A DNA stretch of 64,000 bases from Rhizophagus irregularis (Eukaryota), in contig NC_089434.1 in assembly GCF_026210795.1 (NCBI RefSeq), forward strand, positions 4,588,001 through 4,652,000, given 5' to 3'. The notes below the pieces were generated by a model that made no database searches, was not told the DNA's origin, and saw nothing but the letters and a program-made list of their open reading frames with translations. This document shows, piece after piece, positions 1 through 15,732 of this stretch; position 1 is the first letter of the stretch; each line of letters starts with the position of its first letter. A program made the translations under genes and the position numbers.

Positions 1-1288
1 ATCAAATATAAATCGATTTTAGATTTAAATCTTACACTTTAATTCAGATTCTAAAAGAGAATATCAAAGATTAAAACTTTTTTTTTTTTCCCAAACCAGC
101 TTCAGATAAAACATTATCTGATTCTATATTATGAATTATTTCCCAGGATGCATTTTCATTCTTAGCAATAACTTGATGGTTAACAATGGATTTAGTTTTA
201 GAAATAAAAATATAAGAACCATCATTTTTATTATTTAAATAAGAATAAAGTGTCATTAAATTGCATTTTAATGAAGAATCCATATTTGTTTTTTAAATTT
301 TTGTAATAAACTGTTGCTATTTAAATAAGTTTGGCACAGGCACATAATATTCCTGTTACGTGACAGGAAGTATTTTTCTGTTACAAATATGTAATCTAAA
401 TATCACATATCATCATGATGTTATACAAAATATTTGTTAAGCATTTATCAAATATTTCAATATTTAATCTAAGCGCTTTTTAAACAAATTTCAATGCAGC
501 TTGTATTTGGTAAACACAAGTATTGGTAATTCAAATGCATTTATAGAGTATTCAAATTTAATACAATATATATGTTTGATTTAAATAATTAAAATGTGTT
601 TAACTCAAATAATTAAAATGTAATAAATTCAAATAATAAAATATATTTGGTTACAAATAATTGAATATATATGCTTTTCTATTAGTTTATATATATATAT
701 ATTATATTTTATAATTTATAGTCATTATTTATTACTTACAATTCTTCATAAATAACCTTTATTTTTGGATGTTTTATAGTGCAACAGCCATTTTTATCGT
801 GGATATTTTTCCAAATTAAGACGTTATTTGGGTTAATAGCCAATAGTTATATATTTATTTCAAGTAATTGATGATTTTCTTTAATCTGTAATACTGAAAA
901 AGAAAGAGACTTTACATCTAATTATTGCAAATTTACAGTGATTAGTTAATTTTTTTTCTCTATATTCTTTATATATATTTAATAATTAGTATTATTTTAG
1001 TTAATAAATTTACAAGTTGATTTATAATGAAATTGACAGTACTATTACTGTAAATTAACATCATATAACAAAGTTAGCAAAATTTATAAAGGATTTTTAA
1101 ACTATTTTATTAGTATTTATAGTTGCATGAAATTGCTTATTGAAATTTATGATTTTATGTTAAAAATATTTTAACAATCAATTATTACCATTTTAAAGAA
1201 AAAAAAATTATTACCATATATATAATAGAATTTTCATTTCAGTTAATATTTTTAATCAAAATGTTAAACAGTCTAAGAATGCTAAACT

Positions 1289-2653
1289 AGGACCCCGGAC
1301 AATTATAATAGAAGTCATATCTGTGATACTAATAAAAATTCAAAAAAATATACATAAATTTAGTCATTTTATTATACATTTTTATCCTATAATCTTTATA
1401 TAATACTAAAATATACTTTTTTATCATATGACCTTAATATATATTTATGTTAAAATTTTATTTTTTTTATTTACAGTATATCAATATCATATATGTTAAT
1501 CATCTTTAAAATAGGGTAAATTTAGATATCACCTCTATATAATGTTTAAATCTAGCAGATTAATAAAATACATACTGTTTTATCAGGTAAAATTTATACT
1601 GTATAATAAAATTTTATGATAACTATGTTATTTACAAGATCAAAATCAATATCAATTTTACAACAAAAAACTATAATTATGTCAAAAATCAAAATAAGTT
1701 GCTAAAGGATTAAGAACGAAAGTTATACTATCAAAGAAGTACAAAATTATTACCAAGATATGAAATCCAAGTACTTTCTAAGCTGAAATTTGGATTTTCC
1801 TAAAAAAAAGAAAGAAAGGAACATTAATGACTATTCAAAATAAAAAAAAAATAAAACAAGTAAAAAAAGCTAATTACCAAAGTCTGAGGTCCTATGATTG
1901 CAAAATTCATGCTAAGATCCATAAAAAAAAGTAAATTAATGATGTTTTAAAATCAAACAAATGCTAAAATGAGAGATATTTATTGCAATTTTAAAATCAA
2001 TACCAAAGTTCAAGTTAAAATATCCCTAAATAAAAGAAAGAAAATCCATTAATAATGTCCTTAAATAAAAAAAAATAACGTCAAAACAAAAAAGAGAAAA
2101 GAACACATATCCACTTGTGATTTTAAAGTTTTTTGAAGTTCGAGTTCACTCCTAAAAATAAGAACATTAGTAAGATTTATAGACAAAAAACGCAAAAATA
2201 GTAGAAATAATACTTTCATACATTTTTCATACTTAGAATTTCAAAAATCCATACCAATGTTCAGAATGGTTTGTCTTAAAAAAAAGAAAAGAAACTCCCA
2301 CTATTCCTATTTATGATTTTAGAGTTTATGCTGTTAATACTGTTCTAAAGAGAGGAGAGGAGAAAAAAAAAATTTCAAAATAAAATTTTTTCTTCATGTC
2401 ACAAAATCAAAGTATGATAAAAAGTAAAATACTAAATATTAAAATATACACTTTTATAATAAATTTATATATGACCTTGAATTTTTATCTGAAATTTTAT
2501 ACTTTTTTTTATTATAATCTATTTTTGTAATATACTATTTTTGCATATAACATTTTCTTAAAATATACGTTTTTTTTATATAACCTGCTCATTAAAAATA
2601 CAAAATTTTATATTTATTTTACATATGACCCCTATTATAATTATTCGGGTCCT
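1289..2653. mobile_element. Non-autonomous TIR DNA transposon (AGGACCC termini, 8-bp TSD)
   Basis: Left end AGGACCCCGGACAATTATAATAG; right end reverse complement AGGACCCGAATAATTATAATAG; perfect 8-bp TSD GCTAAACT at 1281-1288 and 2654-2661; non-coding A-rich interior. Confidence 0.85.
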
Positions 2654-2689
2654 GCTAAACTGCTACATCAAGAAAAATTTGAAAGGTTA

Positions 2690-2975
2690 AAGAGGAATGG
2701 AAAAAGTCTTAGAAGAAAGTTTGTTCAAGTTTTCTTACTTTAAAGTTTCTTCTGATATTAGATTGAAAATTTGTCAAATAATAGAGCACCAAGTAACCAT
2801 ATATTTAAAATAGCTTCATTTGTGTGGAACTTAAAAAATCAACTATTTAATGCATTTTGGGCTGTTTTAAATGAATACCATGAAGTAATAATGATGGTTT
2901 TTGTAAAAGATAAATCAAATAATTGAAGCCTGATTTTCCTTAAAGCTCTACTATAAGCTTATTGCAAATTTACGG
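2690..2975 (+). pseudogene. Degenerate coding remnant, possibly transposase-like
   Basis: Fragmentary frames read NHIFKIASFV and NQLFNAFWAVLNEYHEVIMMVFVKDKS; stops and frameshifts; family not securely recognised. Confidence 0.3.
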
Positions 2976-4798
2976 TGATTAGTTATTTTTTTTCTCTATA
3001 TTCTTTATATATATATTTAAATCATTTATCATCAATTAAATTCTTTATATGTTTATTCATTGTTTCTGAATTCAGTTTTTTGACTTCATCCAATAGCTGT
3101 GTTTGTAAATAATAATTACTCATAATATTTATGATACCGGTATGTTGCATGATTTTACATTCGCATTTGCTGCATCAGCTGAACAAATCGAAGAAAATAG
3201 GAATGTTAGAAAGTTATTCGCACTTTTTTTAAAACTTTTTTTTTAGGTATTAATTTTCTTTTACGTAATTTTATTAAATAATGGCAAAATAAATAAATTA
3301 ATTCTCATGAGTTTTGTTCTAAAATATTGATCAGAGTTTAATCATGATCGCGAATTTTATAATTGATAAGAGATAAAATATTTAAAAAATAAAAAAATAT
3401 TTAAAATATTTGATCCATAAAAAAAATTTATCTTTTTTAAAAATAATTTGCTAACCTATTGCCAATATTTTTAAATTTGAATTTTTTAATATTTTTTATT
3501 GATTTTATTATTGATTGTAATTTTCAATTTCTCTATTTCAGATAACAGGTTATCAAAAATATTCGAGTTAATTATAATTTTGTTTGGAAAAGTAGCCTTT
3601 GGTGGCGTGGAAACTCCTCTTTTTTTTGGCAAAATGATTATTTATATGATAAAGAACATACAAAATTTTATAAAATACATCTAAAGTTTAGTAACAAAGT
3701 TACCTCCCTCCATACCAAAAACCGTTACTCCATATAGTAACGTTGTAGTACTTTTACCTACTACCTCAAATATATTATTATTACCTAGATTGATTTTATT
3801 TATTAACCATTTTTAATTTTTCTATTCTAATTCTTTTTTTATAATTTGGCTATTTTCTAGATTTTTTTTGATTATTATTATTTTTTACTAAAATTATCAT
3901 CTCAATATCAGATTCTCTGCTTTCATCCTTCGTTATATTTTATGAAATCGTTTTCTTTTGTCCAATTTACGAATACCTTGTGATTTCTTAAACTCTATTA
4001 TTTCACCACATATCGGTTTCCATATTTCATAAATAAACGTCATGTATAGGATAGATCACTTATTTTTTAGTAACCGCGTGTCCTCTACCTTACAATGTTT
4101 ATATTTCCAAATCTTAATGATTAAGCGTGGAAACTCTTCGATACTTTCAATTTTACGATTTTTTCTACCGGCAATGTTACATCATGCGCAACCCAAGGGA
4201 ATGATATCATATTTTCAGAATCATCATCTAATTCCGAAGGATGATATGATACATAATACCAAGCATAAGCTTTAGACTCCATTCTACTACGAACCCCAGG
4301 TAAAACAACACTAGATCCTTCGATAAAAATTCTTCTTCAAATAATTTTCGATAATGTCGTTTAATTGGAATTAAAGCTTCCATCACAGATTTTTTTACAT
4401 CGCGAGGTTCCTTTTTATCAACTTTCGTAATAGTATTCACGATATATCCACTAGTTACTTCAATTTCGGTAATAATTCCAAATTGATTCATTAATCCTCT
4501 TATGTTTGCATCATACTCTCGCTTTAATTTTCGTGCACCATATAAAAATTCTTCATACGCATCAGCATATAATCTTTGATCAAAATTCTCTACATTTAAA
4601 TTAGTTTGTGGTTCTTCTGATACATCAATAGAACGATATAAAATACCGAGATGTTATTGAGACTCGATTTTTTATAAGATTTTTCCATAAAATCTGGAAA
4701 TTCACTAACACGAAGTACAGGTGGAAATTCTGGTGGTGTTCCCGTTTTGGGAGAATCTACGGCATCAGAACGTAATTGTGCAAGACATATACATTGCA

Positions 4799-5352
4799 CC
4801 TTATTTTCCGAAGTTTCGCAACGGTTCCGTTTGTTAGCTCCTCAAATTTTATCAACGCCAAACTGATGAACGTGTTAACATTCCCCGGATTATAGATAAT
4901 AAACGTCTTAGGCGTTTCTTATATGTGTACATTACGACGTTTCACCTCAATCAAGTGGAATTTCACCTTTATCCAACGCGATGAGCGAAAAGTTTGTCAT
5001 ATCTTCACCATACAGATGGAAGGGATCGAGGGTACAGCAACTCCACAAGTCAAAAGTAATTTGAGATGCGCTAAATGCTCTGAAGACCTTTCCTCGTGTC
5101 TCCCTCCTCTAGGCTTTCTTCGATTCTCCCCTCAAGCCCCCTCGAAACAACTAGTATATTTAACGTTTTAACCAAACGTGCATTACAAATGATAATCTCC
5201 ACGCAAGTTGTGTCCATATTGCCCATCGACTAGCGGTGATACTGTATTCTCCTCCCGCGCCACATATATTGTGATAATTGCATAGACTGCTCCTTCAGGA
5301 GAGCAAAACCGTTTAACCAGCAATATGGGAAGGAATTCTCTCTTATGTTTTA
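4799..5352 (-). mobile_element. Internally deleted non-LTR (LINE) RNase H-region fragment inserted in RdRP
   Basis: Splits RdRP between AKADSSEVGALRG and QCICLAQL. GC-richer than its flanks. Pieces TCGVA, PSICMVKI, FRSSRWIKVK and FHLIEVK resemble a LINE RNase H domain (compare STRKWLKRNN...LKFVK at 19.3 kb). Confidence 0.55.
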
Positions 5353-5522
5353 ACCACGTAATGCACCAACTTCGGAAGAATCTGCTTTTGCTAAATGAGC
5401 GTTTCGCGATCATACCAAGTTTGTCAGAAAAGAGATAATTTTACGAAAAATTTTTTGATATCTTTCATCGTTACATTCACATTACATTTTCAACCATTCT
5501 TGGTTTTTGAATCTGATAATTC

Positions 5523-6013
5523 AAATTCTCTGCGATCTTTGAGAGATCCGGTGATATCGTCCCGCCCTGATGATTGATATAGGATACACAGGGGATAAAT
5601 AATCATTGTTTACCACATTGCTGATAAAATCATGTGATCTAGTATTATAATTGGTTCCTTACATTATTATTTGAAATTTGGCCACATGTCGTGTTGTCTG
5701 TACGAATCAATGCCGTTTGGTTCACCAGCTCCTTGAACGCGAGAATGGAGAACTGAATTTCCTTCAGTTCCAGAATATAGTTGACTCCAACTAAGTCCAT
5801 CTGCCGTGGATGGTCAAGTTGTCCCGGGACGCACCCCAGCCGGTATTTGACGCATCTGTGTGAATTACGGTTTTTGGTTCTTCCTGGATTAAACTTCTTC
5901 CATTCCAAGAAGGAAGATTTTTTATCCACCACTCGAGTTGCTGTATGCTTTCGTTGGAGTTTTACAGTACCGCTCCACCCGTGCAGTTTCAGACCATAAT
6001 TTTTGTCTCGGAG
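5523..6013 (-). mobile_element. DIRS-type retrotransposon RT-connection/RNase H fragment inserted in RdRP
   Basis: Minus frames read LRDKN, LEWWIKNLPSWNGRSLIQEEPKTVIHTDASNTGWGA, IRTDNTT and CVSYINHQGGTISPDL, the DIRS RNase H motifs. RdRP resumes at NYQIQKPRMVENV. Confidence 0.85.
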
Positions 6014-6242
6014 CTACATTTTAGGAGGGAATCAAACGTTCATCATATATTACACTAAATTAAAATTATTATTTTTTTTTTAAAAAAAAAGTCAATAACT
6101 TAAACATAACTTAAACAACCTTAAATACTCTAAAGTTTTAAACAATGAGAAATAAAGATACATACGTGAAATCGTCACCATCTAGATCACCACCGCTACA
6201 TTCACTAGGAATATCACGATAACCAACCGCTGGGAATACTAG

Positions 6243-6740
6243 AAGAGCGAATAAGATCGCTCTTAACTCTTTGGTTCCTCTGGAATAAGACTTCGTCCGT
6301 TCCATAGAGGTAAGTTCTTGGTCCACCATTCCAATTGTGCGATGCTTTCTGGGGAAAGTTCTATAATAGCATTCCAACCTTGCTTCTTCAGACCAATATT
6401 TTTGTCTCTTAGTAGTGCGCGAGAATGCAATCTGGCTGGAAACATAGCGTCCGTTGTTGCTGTGATCTTTCCTATAAGAGAAGCTAACTTGCGAACCGGA
6501 ATTCCGGGTCCATTTCTTGAATTGCTTTTATTTTTAATAGTTCTGAAATCTCGTGAGAGAACACGTTCAAATCTATGTCTCGTAACGTGTTTGAGAAATA
6601 GGAGTCCGGATATAACCTTCACGTACAATAGACGTAGCCCAACATTTCCCAAACAGTTCCGACCATCGGTCTTGATATAAACCAAGACCTCCAGCCACCA
6701 TGTCCATAGAGGTCGTTAAGCTGAACTCTGGCGGCTCCGC
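6243..6740 (-). mobile_element. Second DIRS-type retrotransposon fragment inserted in RdRP
   Basis: Splits RdRP precisely between SHLVDV (6741) and LVFPAVG (6242). Encodes VAGGL..W..IVREGY, RKLASLIGKITATTDAMFPARLHSRALL...LEWWTKNLPLWNGRSL and ELRAILFAL. Confidence 0.87.
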
Positions 6741-9700
6741 TACATCTACTAAATGACTTAAAGCCTTACATGTTAAAGCTGTAACTATACATATATCTCC
6801 TGGGTGAAAGCAAGGATTTCGAAGTACAATACACCTTCCAGTTATTACCTTTTTACTGGATGGGTTACATGGGTCAGATATACAACAATAAATTTGACAC
6901 TTGTGTAAAGTTTCGGTAACATTCAAGACGCCTAATAATGCCCCAACGCGAATTTTTGCCTTTTAATGTCTCTTAACATTATGGTACGAAATAATGAAAT
7001 AAAATTCATTAAATAACGATCATTATTTCTTAAAAATTCCGCTTTGACAAGATCAGCAAGTGAGGTTGAAATTCCATATTCATCAACATTCCTTTGTAAA
7101 GCACCCAACACCGTATGTTCGCTTTCAAGCATTTTATCCAATTTCCTAACTCGTAAATCTTTAATTCAATAAATACTTCATCAGAAATTCCTAATGCGGA
7201 CAATAATGTAATCGCCTGACGATTGAGATATGCTGATATGAACGTAGAACCTCTGATAACTTCTAACACATTATGTTGACTAGGACGAACTTGAACTTGA
7301 TTATTTTTCACATTAATTAACTGAAATAAAACACCTTTATACCCAGCCATTTTAATTTGAAATGCACTTGGAATAGTTTTTAAATACAATTCATAAGCAA
7401 TCTTCTTTGTTAATGAAAGAGATTTCCTACCCCATCAGAAAAAGTGAACCCATTTCTAACTATATCAAGAATTTCTTCAATGTCATTAATAGGTAGCCTT
7501 TGAATAGCACGAGTACTTGAAAAACACTGACCCACATATTTTGCTACACTTTTATTTGTTGAAAAATTCCTCATCCAATCTCTAACCATAGTGAAAAAAA
7601 CCAACAACTATGATCTCTTAATCGACTAGCAGATAAAGCCAAGAATTCGTAGTGCCTATCACCAATAGTTATGCCATCACGTAAAGCACGATAAACTCCA
7701 TTATATAAAGCATCGTTAGAAGTATCACTATTAGATGAAGATGAACCAACTTTACTCTACAAATTGGACACGTAAAAAATGATCTTTCTTATCATGAAAA
7801 TAACGGATCACCCTATTAGAAGTTTCCATGGTTGGAGTTAAAATATAACATGTAGTAGGAGTTACACCAACTTTACGCACCATACCACAATAATATGATA
7901 TATATTTAGGTTTATTATCTATTTTATATTTTAAATCCTCCAATTCTGAACTTAAATATGTTAAAGGTTTATAGATCCTTTTCTTCCTTGAATAAATACC
8001 TTCCAAAATATCAAAAGAGACCTACAGTAGGTTGTTGAGATAATAAAGAAAAGAATTCTTCACAAAGGTTATACTCATTAAGGTAATTAAAAGAAATATT
8101 ACATTCGACCATATAATTAACTTCAAAGTTTAACAATGAACGGTTCACAAAATGTTTACGTAAATCAGTTACTCTAACAATTTTTAATGGAAAATTACTA
8201 ATGTTTGAAGTTCTAGGAGCCAAATTATATTCACCGGCATTCTCAATTAATTCCAAGACCTTCAATAGAGTTTTTACCAACTTGATCCAAATCAAAAGTT
8301 ATTCTAAAGACTAGCCATTTACCAGGTTCTTCATTATTTTTATGAAAACGAGGCATTTTTTTACCATCCTCTGTAACTTTCAGTAATATCATCACAATAC
8401 ACCAATTAAATTTATTTGATTTTTGATACTTATCTAATACCCAATATTTTGCGGGGTATTTATTTTCTATAGTAATTGAACTACGAGATCTTTGTTGAGA
8501 AGCGTCAAGCTCAGAATAAATATCATCGATTATATCCTTAAAATCGATTTCAAGCTTAAAAGTGCGCACTTTATGACCAAATTCCACAATTATTTTTTGT
8601 TTTCGATGATTTATAGAAAATTTTACCGATTGAGTAAATTTAGCTTCAGATACAAATACACCAGATAGTAAATAATCACCCAATTCTAAACTTTCAGCAG
8701 GAAAGGAATAATCAGTGAAAGTATCAGAACTACAATATTTTTGATAATCGAGTCGTAAAAACTTTTCCATGAAAGCGTAACGATTTATTCCAGAAAGGAT
8801 AAGCGGGTACAGGTCTAATTAAATAAATAATTTTAAAGGGATAAGTAAATGATAATTTAAAGGGTTGAAAAAGAATAAATGTATGAAAAATACGTACTTG
8901 AATATGATATAAGCAGTTCCATTTGAACATTCAGGAGAGACATAAGTTTCTTTTGTCTCAATTTCTACTCTATAAACATTACCATAAGTAGTAAAAGCAT
9001 CCATTATATTAGTTGAAGTAGCGTTAGTTTGAATATCACTAACTCTGAATTTTAATTCAGCAAAATTTTTCCATTCGCGAGGAGGTTTAATTTGAGGAGG
9101 TTGAGGGTTAATTTGAGGAGGTTTAATTATTTTTTTACGACCATTGTAACTATTAGGTTTTTTATAAGAACCGGCTTTCGCCTTTTTACCCATAAACCAT
9201 TATTTTTAAAGATTTTAAAATGGATTATTATTTTTTTTTTGAGGATATTTAAGTATTGTTTAAGAAGATGATCATACCCAATTTGTATATATGTAATGAT
9301 TGAGCTAAAAAAAAATTTTTTTTTTAGATAATCTTTGTTTCAATATATTTTATTGATTATCAATATAGAAGAACTTCAATTATAGTTCAAAAAAAGGTAA
9401 AATGGACAAATAATTCGAAACTCCTAATATAAAATTTACGAATCAAAAATTCGAGATTAAATTATATCGCAATACAAACGTATAATTGGTATTTAAAAAT
9501 AGTGATTTAGTTATAGAATTACAAATTACAATACCCTAACTTATATTTGAACAATGGACATGAATTATTAAATTAATAATCAAAAATTACGAGAATAGCA
9601 AACGTTGTATATTTAAACATTTCTGGGAATCATTTTTGCAAATTAATTTTTTTTTAAAAAAAATGTATTATCATAGAGTAATAACTTAATATTGTACATA

Positions 9701-10059
9701 AACTCCCAGGTACAATGTATACTACTCTTTTTTGCATATGATAAATCAAAACGCATGTTACGCAAAATTTCAGATGATGTAAATAAATCGAAAATTTTCC
9801 AAAATAGATTTTTTTTCCCATGAAATAAAAAAAATTTTATTAAATATCATATGTATTAAAAAAAAAATATCAACTTCTTACATTAATTAAAAAAAAACAA
9901 AAAATATTTTGCATTTTTTTTTCTTTGATTAAACCCCGATTATCACTCATCTTATCGTAGTATATTTGCTTTTCCTGAATCATGTAATCATATGTTATTT
10001 TTTACCAAGAGTTTAAAACACCAAATATAGATTAACCTCATTACACCCGTAAGGAGGTG

Positions 10060-10360
10060 CACCTAGTTTAGTGAATCAGGCCTAAAATTCGTTAACATGA
10101 TATGAAAATCTGGTATAACTCGGAAAAATTTTGTATATTGCTGTAAATTGTATAATACTTGTATTATGGATAACGCATCACACAAAATATCTTCGTTATA
10201 TTAAATAAAAATTCGTTATAAATAATAGTTATATATTATATACACTGGTTATAGACTTACTTCGTTAAACGGTATACAGCATTTTACTAGTAATCTTCGG
10301 TATAACTACAACACCGAAGGAATTCGTTAAATCGAAATTCGTTGTAAAGCGAGTGGACTG
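10060..10360. mobile_element. Degenerate Tc1/mariner-like MITE (right end intact)
   Basis: Ends ...TTCGTTGTAAAGCGAGTGGACTG followed by TA; internal TTCGTTA repeats like the element at 58177; left end not recognisable. Confidence 0.35.
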
Positions 10361-10814
10361 TAGTATTGTAACTTTGTTCAAATAAATATTGTGTACATAT
10401 GAGTTTGACCCATTTTAAGAATTTTTTCGTATGATATTATATAATTTTATTTTTCATGGATATAAAAATTGGTGATATTATTATCAGTTATATTAAAATT
10501 TAAACTTTTTCAATTTTTAACATAGTATTATATAATCAAAAATATAATAAAAATGAATTTCATCATAAATTATAAATCCACGTCACTCTTGTTATTACGT
10601 ATCACAAATTTTATATATATATTTTTTTTTTTTGTAGCAAATTTCAGTGACGTAACGCGTGCACTTCGCTACGTGATCCAATATATAAACATGAGGACTT
10701 TTTCTTAGCTTATATTTCTTTAGTTTTGTTTTTTTCAATTATTGTTTTTTTTGTTACCCGTAATCCGTAATTAATAATTAATTTATTCATTCATTTATTT
10801 TGTCCCATTACAAA

Positions 10815-12523
<1,709 letters not shown>

Positions 12524-14205
12524 ATTTGATTTATTTCGTTAAATCTATTCACGTGTATCCATCATATTTAATGCCATGCAATTCTATATATTCTATATCA
12601 AAATTTACCTTATTAGAAAAAGATTTCTGTAAAGCTTTTGATTCATTTTGCTAAGTTCATAATCGCATGGTGCCAATAAAATTCTTCTCAACTGCCTTAT
12701 AGACTTGTTTAAGTGACCATTTTTTTTTTGATATAATATTTTCAGTATATTGAGTTGATCTAATAATGTTAAATTGTTTGCTATAAACATATACATTAGG
12801 CCAGTTTATAACGGGGTATTTGGTCGGTTACACTAAAATTTGTGGCCAATAAATTTGTTTGTAGAACAATCAAATATGCAACTTAGTGTAAAAGCCGATC
12901 GAACAATTATGAACTGACCTATTGAAATACTGTAACAACCCATCTATAAAGAATTGCTAATATGCCTAACATGGTTCTATTTTCACTAATATGTATAAAA
13001 AGGTAATGAAGTAAATTATATACGTTGAAAAATATTCTTGATTTAAAATATTTACTATTGCTATTATTAATTTAATTGGTTTATTTACTTTTCATAATAA
13101 TTATAAAATGTTATTAATAAGTATTTAATTTTTCATTTTAATATTATTGTTATATATATAATATTCTCCTAAAGTATTTACCCTTGGTTTTTGTAATTTT
13201 TTTTAATAAATTTATCCAATTTTTTTTTTTAAATGAAAGTATTCAATTATAGCTAAATTTTGTGTGATTGCAGATTATTTTAATATATCAAATATCAGAT
13301 ATATAACAATATAATAAATAAAATATAATCTATTTTCAATTTTGCCGAAGATTATACATATTTTAAGATGATAATACATCTATATATACTGTTAAAGATA
13401 TAAAGAATTGAATTGCTAAAAAAGGATTAAAGTTTTACCAGATTGGCATTTTCAATTTTTGGATTTTAATTTAATAGAACATTTATGAAATGAACTAAAA
13501 CAAAAAATATGAAAACATCATATCTGACCAAAGAATCTTAAAAAACTTGAAATGGCTTTACAAAGAGAGTAAGAAGAATTCCATTTGAAGCCTACATTAA
13601 TTTAATTAAAAGTATATACAGTATAAACAAATTAATACATATATTAAAAGCTATAATTGGTTTATAAAGTATTAAATATATAAATAAATAAATATATTTT
13701 TTTATTAAGTAGATACTTTTAGAAGAATGCTTTTATATAATTAATCCATTTATTTATATGTCTAATAATTATTGTACAAAGTTTATTATAATATTTGTAA
13801 TATAATAATTTAAATATAAATTTGTAAATAAACTTATTTATTAATAAAAATATCTTTTAAAACTTTTAAAAGTGAAACTGAAAATAATTCAATTCAGTTA
13901 TACTAGTAATTCAATAATTTTAAAACCAGTATAATATTTTAATATATTTCTAGAAGTATATTTAAATTTAAAAAAAAAAGTATATTTGATTTTTTTTTAT
14001 CAATTTTTTAATATATTTTAACTTTTTTTTTATTAAATTATAAAAGTTATTATTATATTTACTACTCTTAAAAATCCTTTAGGTCAATGTAAATAAATAA
14101 ATAAAATTATACTTTTTAAAATACAGATGCATTATTATATCTATAAAAAAAAGATTAAAAAAATTTAATTTCTTTTAATTTAAAAAATAAATTTGCATTT
14201 TTGAT

Positions 14206-14754
14206 AGGACCCAGAAATATATATACAGGGATAGGATACACAGATGCGTCACCATCATAGTGGAATTAGACGGAGTAAAGTTTTGATTTGCATACAATTT
14301 TAGAATTTTTTATCTATAGTTAGGTCATCAATATTGCGTATTTTTTATCAAAATTTTTATATGTAAAAAATTAGTTTGCGTATTTTTAATCTAAATTTGG
14401 CTAATCTTATATATATAATATATTTACTGTACATACTTATTTAATTAACCACATTGTAATATTTAGCATTAATTGAATGAAATTTCTAAGGATTAAAAAG
14501 TGAAATTTTAGAAAAATATTATTAAAAAAATGGTAAATTCTATTTTTTCACATCAGTATTTAGTTTATAAATAATATAAAAGTCATGATAAAATAATTAA
14601 TAACTTAATGTCTGAAATTTTATTTGCATATTTTTGCAGGATTTTCAATATCAGATGTCAATTATGCGTACTACTCATATAAAAAGTCTCTGCGTACAGC
14701 TCATAGTAAAAAATTTTTCGCCACCTGATCCCTATATATTTATTTTTGGGTTCT
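14206..14754. mobile_element. MITE with AGGACCC termini and 8-bp TSD
   Basis: Left AGGACCCAGAAATATATATACAGGG; right CCCTATATATTTATTTTTGGGTTCT; TSD TTTTTGAT at 14198-14205 and 14755-14762. Confidence 0.8.
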
Positions 14755-15129
14755 TTTTTGATTTCTAAAATATAATTATTCAATTACTAATTATTAGTAA
14801 TGCATTTTTCTATAATCATCAATCTTAATAAAAAGGCTAAATTATTTTACCTATATTTTTTATAATTAACTTTTTTTTTATTTTTTATATATTTTACTAA
14901 GTTTTCATACTATTTATTTAATAGAAAATATATGTGACAATTTTTTATATAATATATTTCAACTAAATTATAAAATCAGCAATTTTTATAAATATTATAT
15001 CCAATTATTAAATTAAGATATTTGCTTATTGCAAATATATTACTGATAAAAATCACTATAATCAAATTTAATATAAAGAATATCATACTAATTAGTATAT
15101 AAGATATTTTTTTTTATTAAAAAATAATA

Positions 15130-15563
15130 TAGTGTTCCAATCCGTCAATCCCCCATCCGTATCCGTCGTCGGATATCTGTCGTTTTCGGATATCCGTCAT
15201 TTCGGATATCCGTACATACGGATAGGACAGATCACGGATATCCGTGACGGATTGACGGATCCCATCCGAATTAAACGGATCATCCGGATAATCCGATTTT
15301 TACTACATAATTCTGGTCAAATCTGTAATGCTGGCCAGAATGATAAAAAAAATTTTTTTTCAACTTTGTGTTACACAAATGTTACACAACATAATTCGGG
15401 CTAGCACTATGAATTCGGCCCGATTTAAAATTCAACGGATATCCGAGGTTATCCTTCACGGATATCCGTCATGTCGGATATCCGTACATACGGATAAGAC
15501 GGATCACGGATATCCGAAAGTGGCGGATGACGGATGACGGATTATCCGCGGATTGTAACACTA
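15130..15563. mobile_element. hAT-type MITE
   Basis: TIR TAGTGTTCCAATCCG / CGGATTGTAACACTA; 8-bp TSD AAATAATA; many subterminal CGGATATCCG palindromes. Confidence 0.9.
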
Positions 15564-15732
15564 AAATAATATACAAAATAAATTTTACTTTTTCTGTTTT
15601 TACTTATTAGAATTTATGACTTTCTATATAAATGATAACTATCAATATCTTTAAAATTTTTATTTAGGAAAAACAAAGTTTAATAATATAGCTAAAAATA
15701 GTTATACTTAAAATTTATATATAAAAGTTTAT

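Larger units (their letters stand above)
3900..9193 (-). pseudogene. Eukaryotic RNAi-type RNA-dependent RNA polymerase pseudogene
   Basis: Motifs occur in order on the minus strand: RRM-like N-terminus, ETSNRVIR, FLRVQF, GQCFSST, FSDGVG, PSAFQIKMAGYKGVL, YLNRQ, RNPCFHPGD, SECSGGDLDGDDF (~6170-6205), AVDSPKTG, FPDFM. Introns at ~8815-8898 and ~6056-6165. Many frameshifts and stops; three foreign inserts. Confidence 0.93.

Noticed and set aside
6138..9193. Viral or functional RdRP
   Set aside because: The DLDGD motif and introns indicate the cellular RNAi family, and it carries many frameshifts and inserts.
15132..15537. Two short ORFs
   Set aside because: They lie inside a hAT MITE made of CGGATATCCG repeats.
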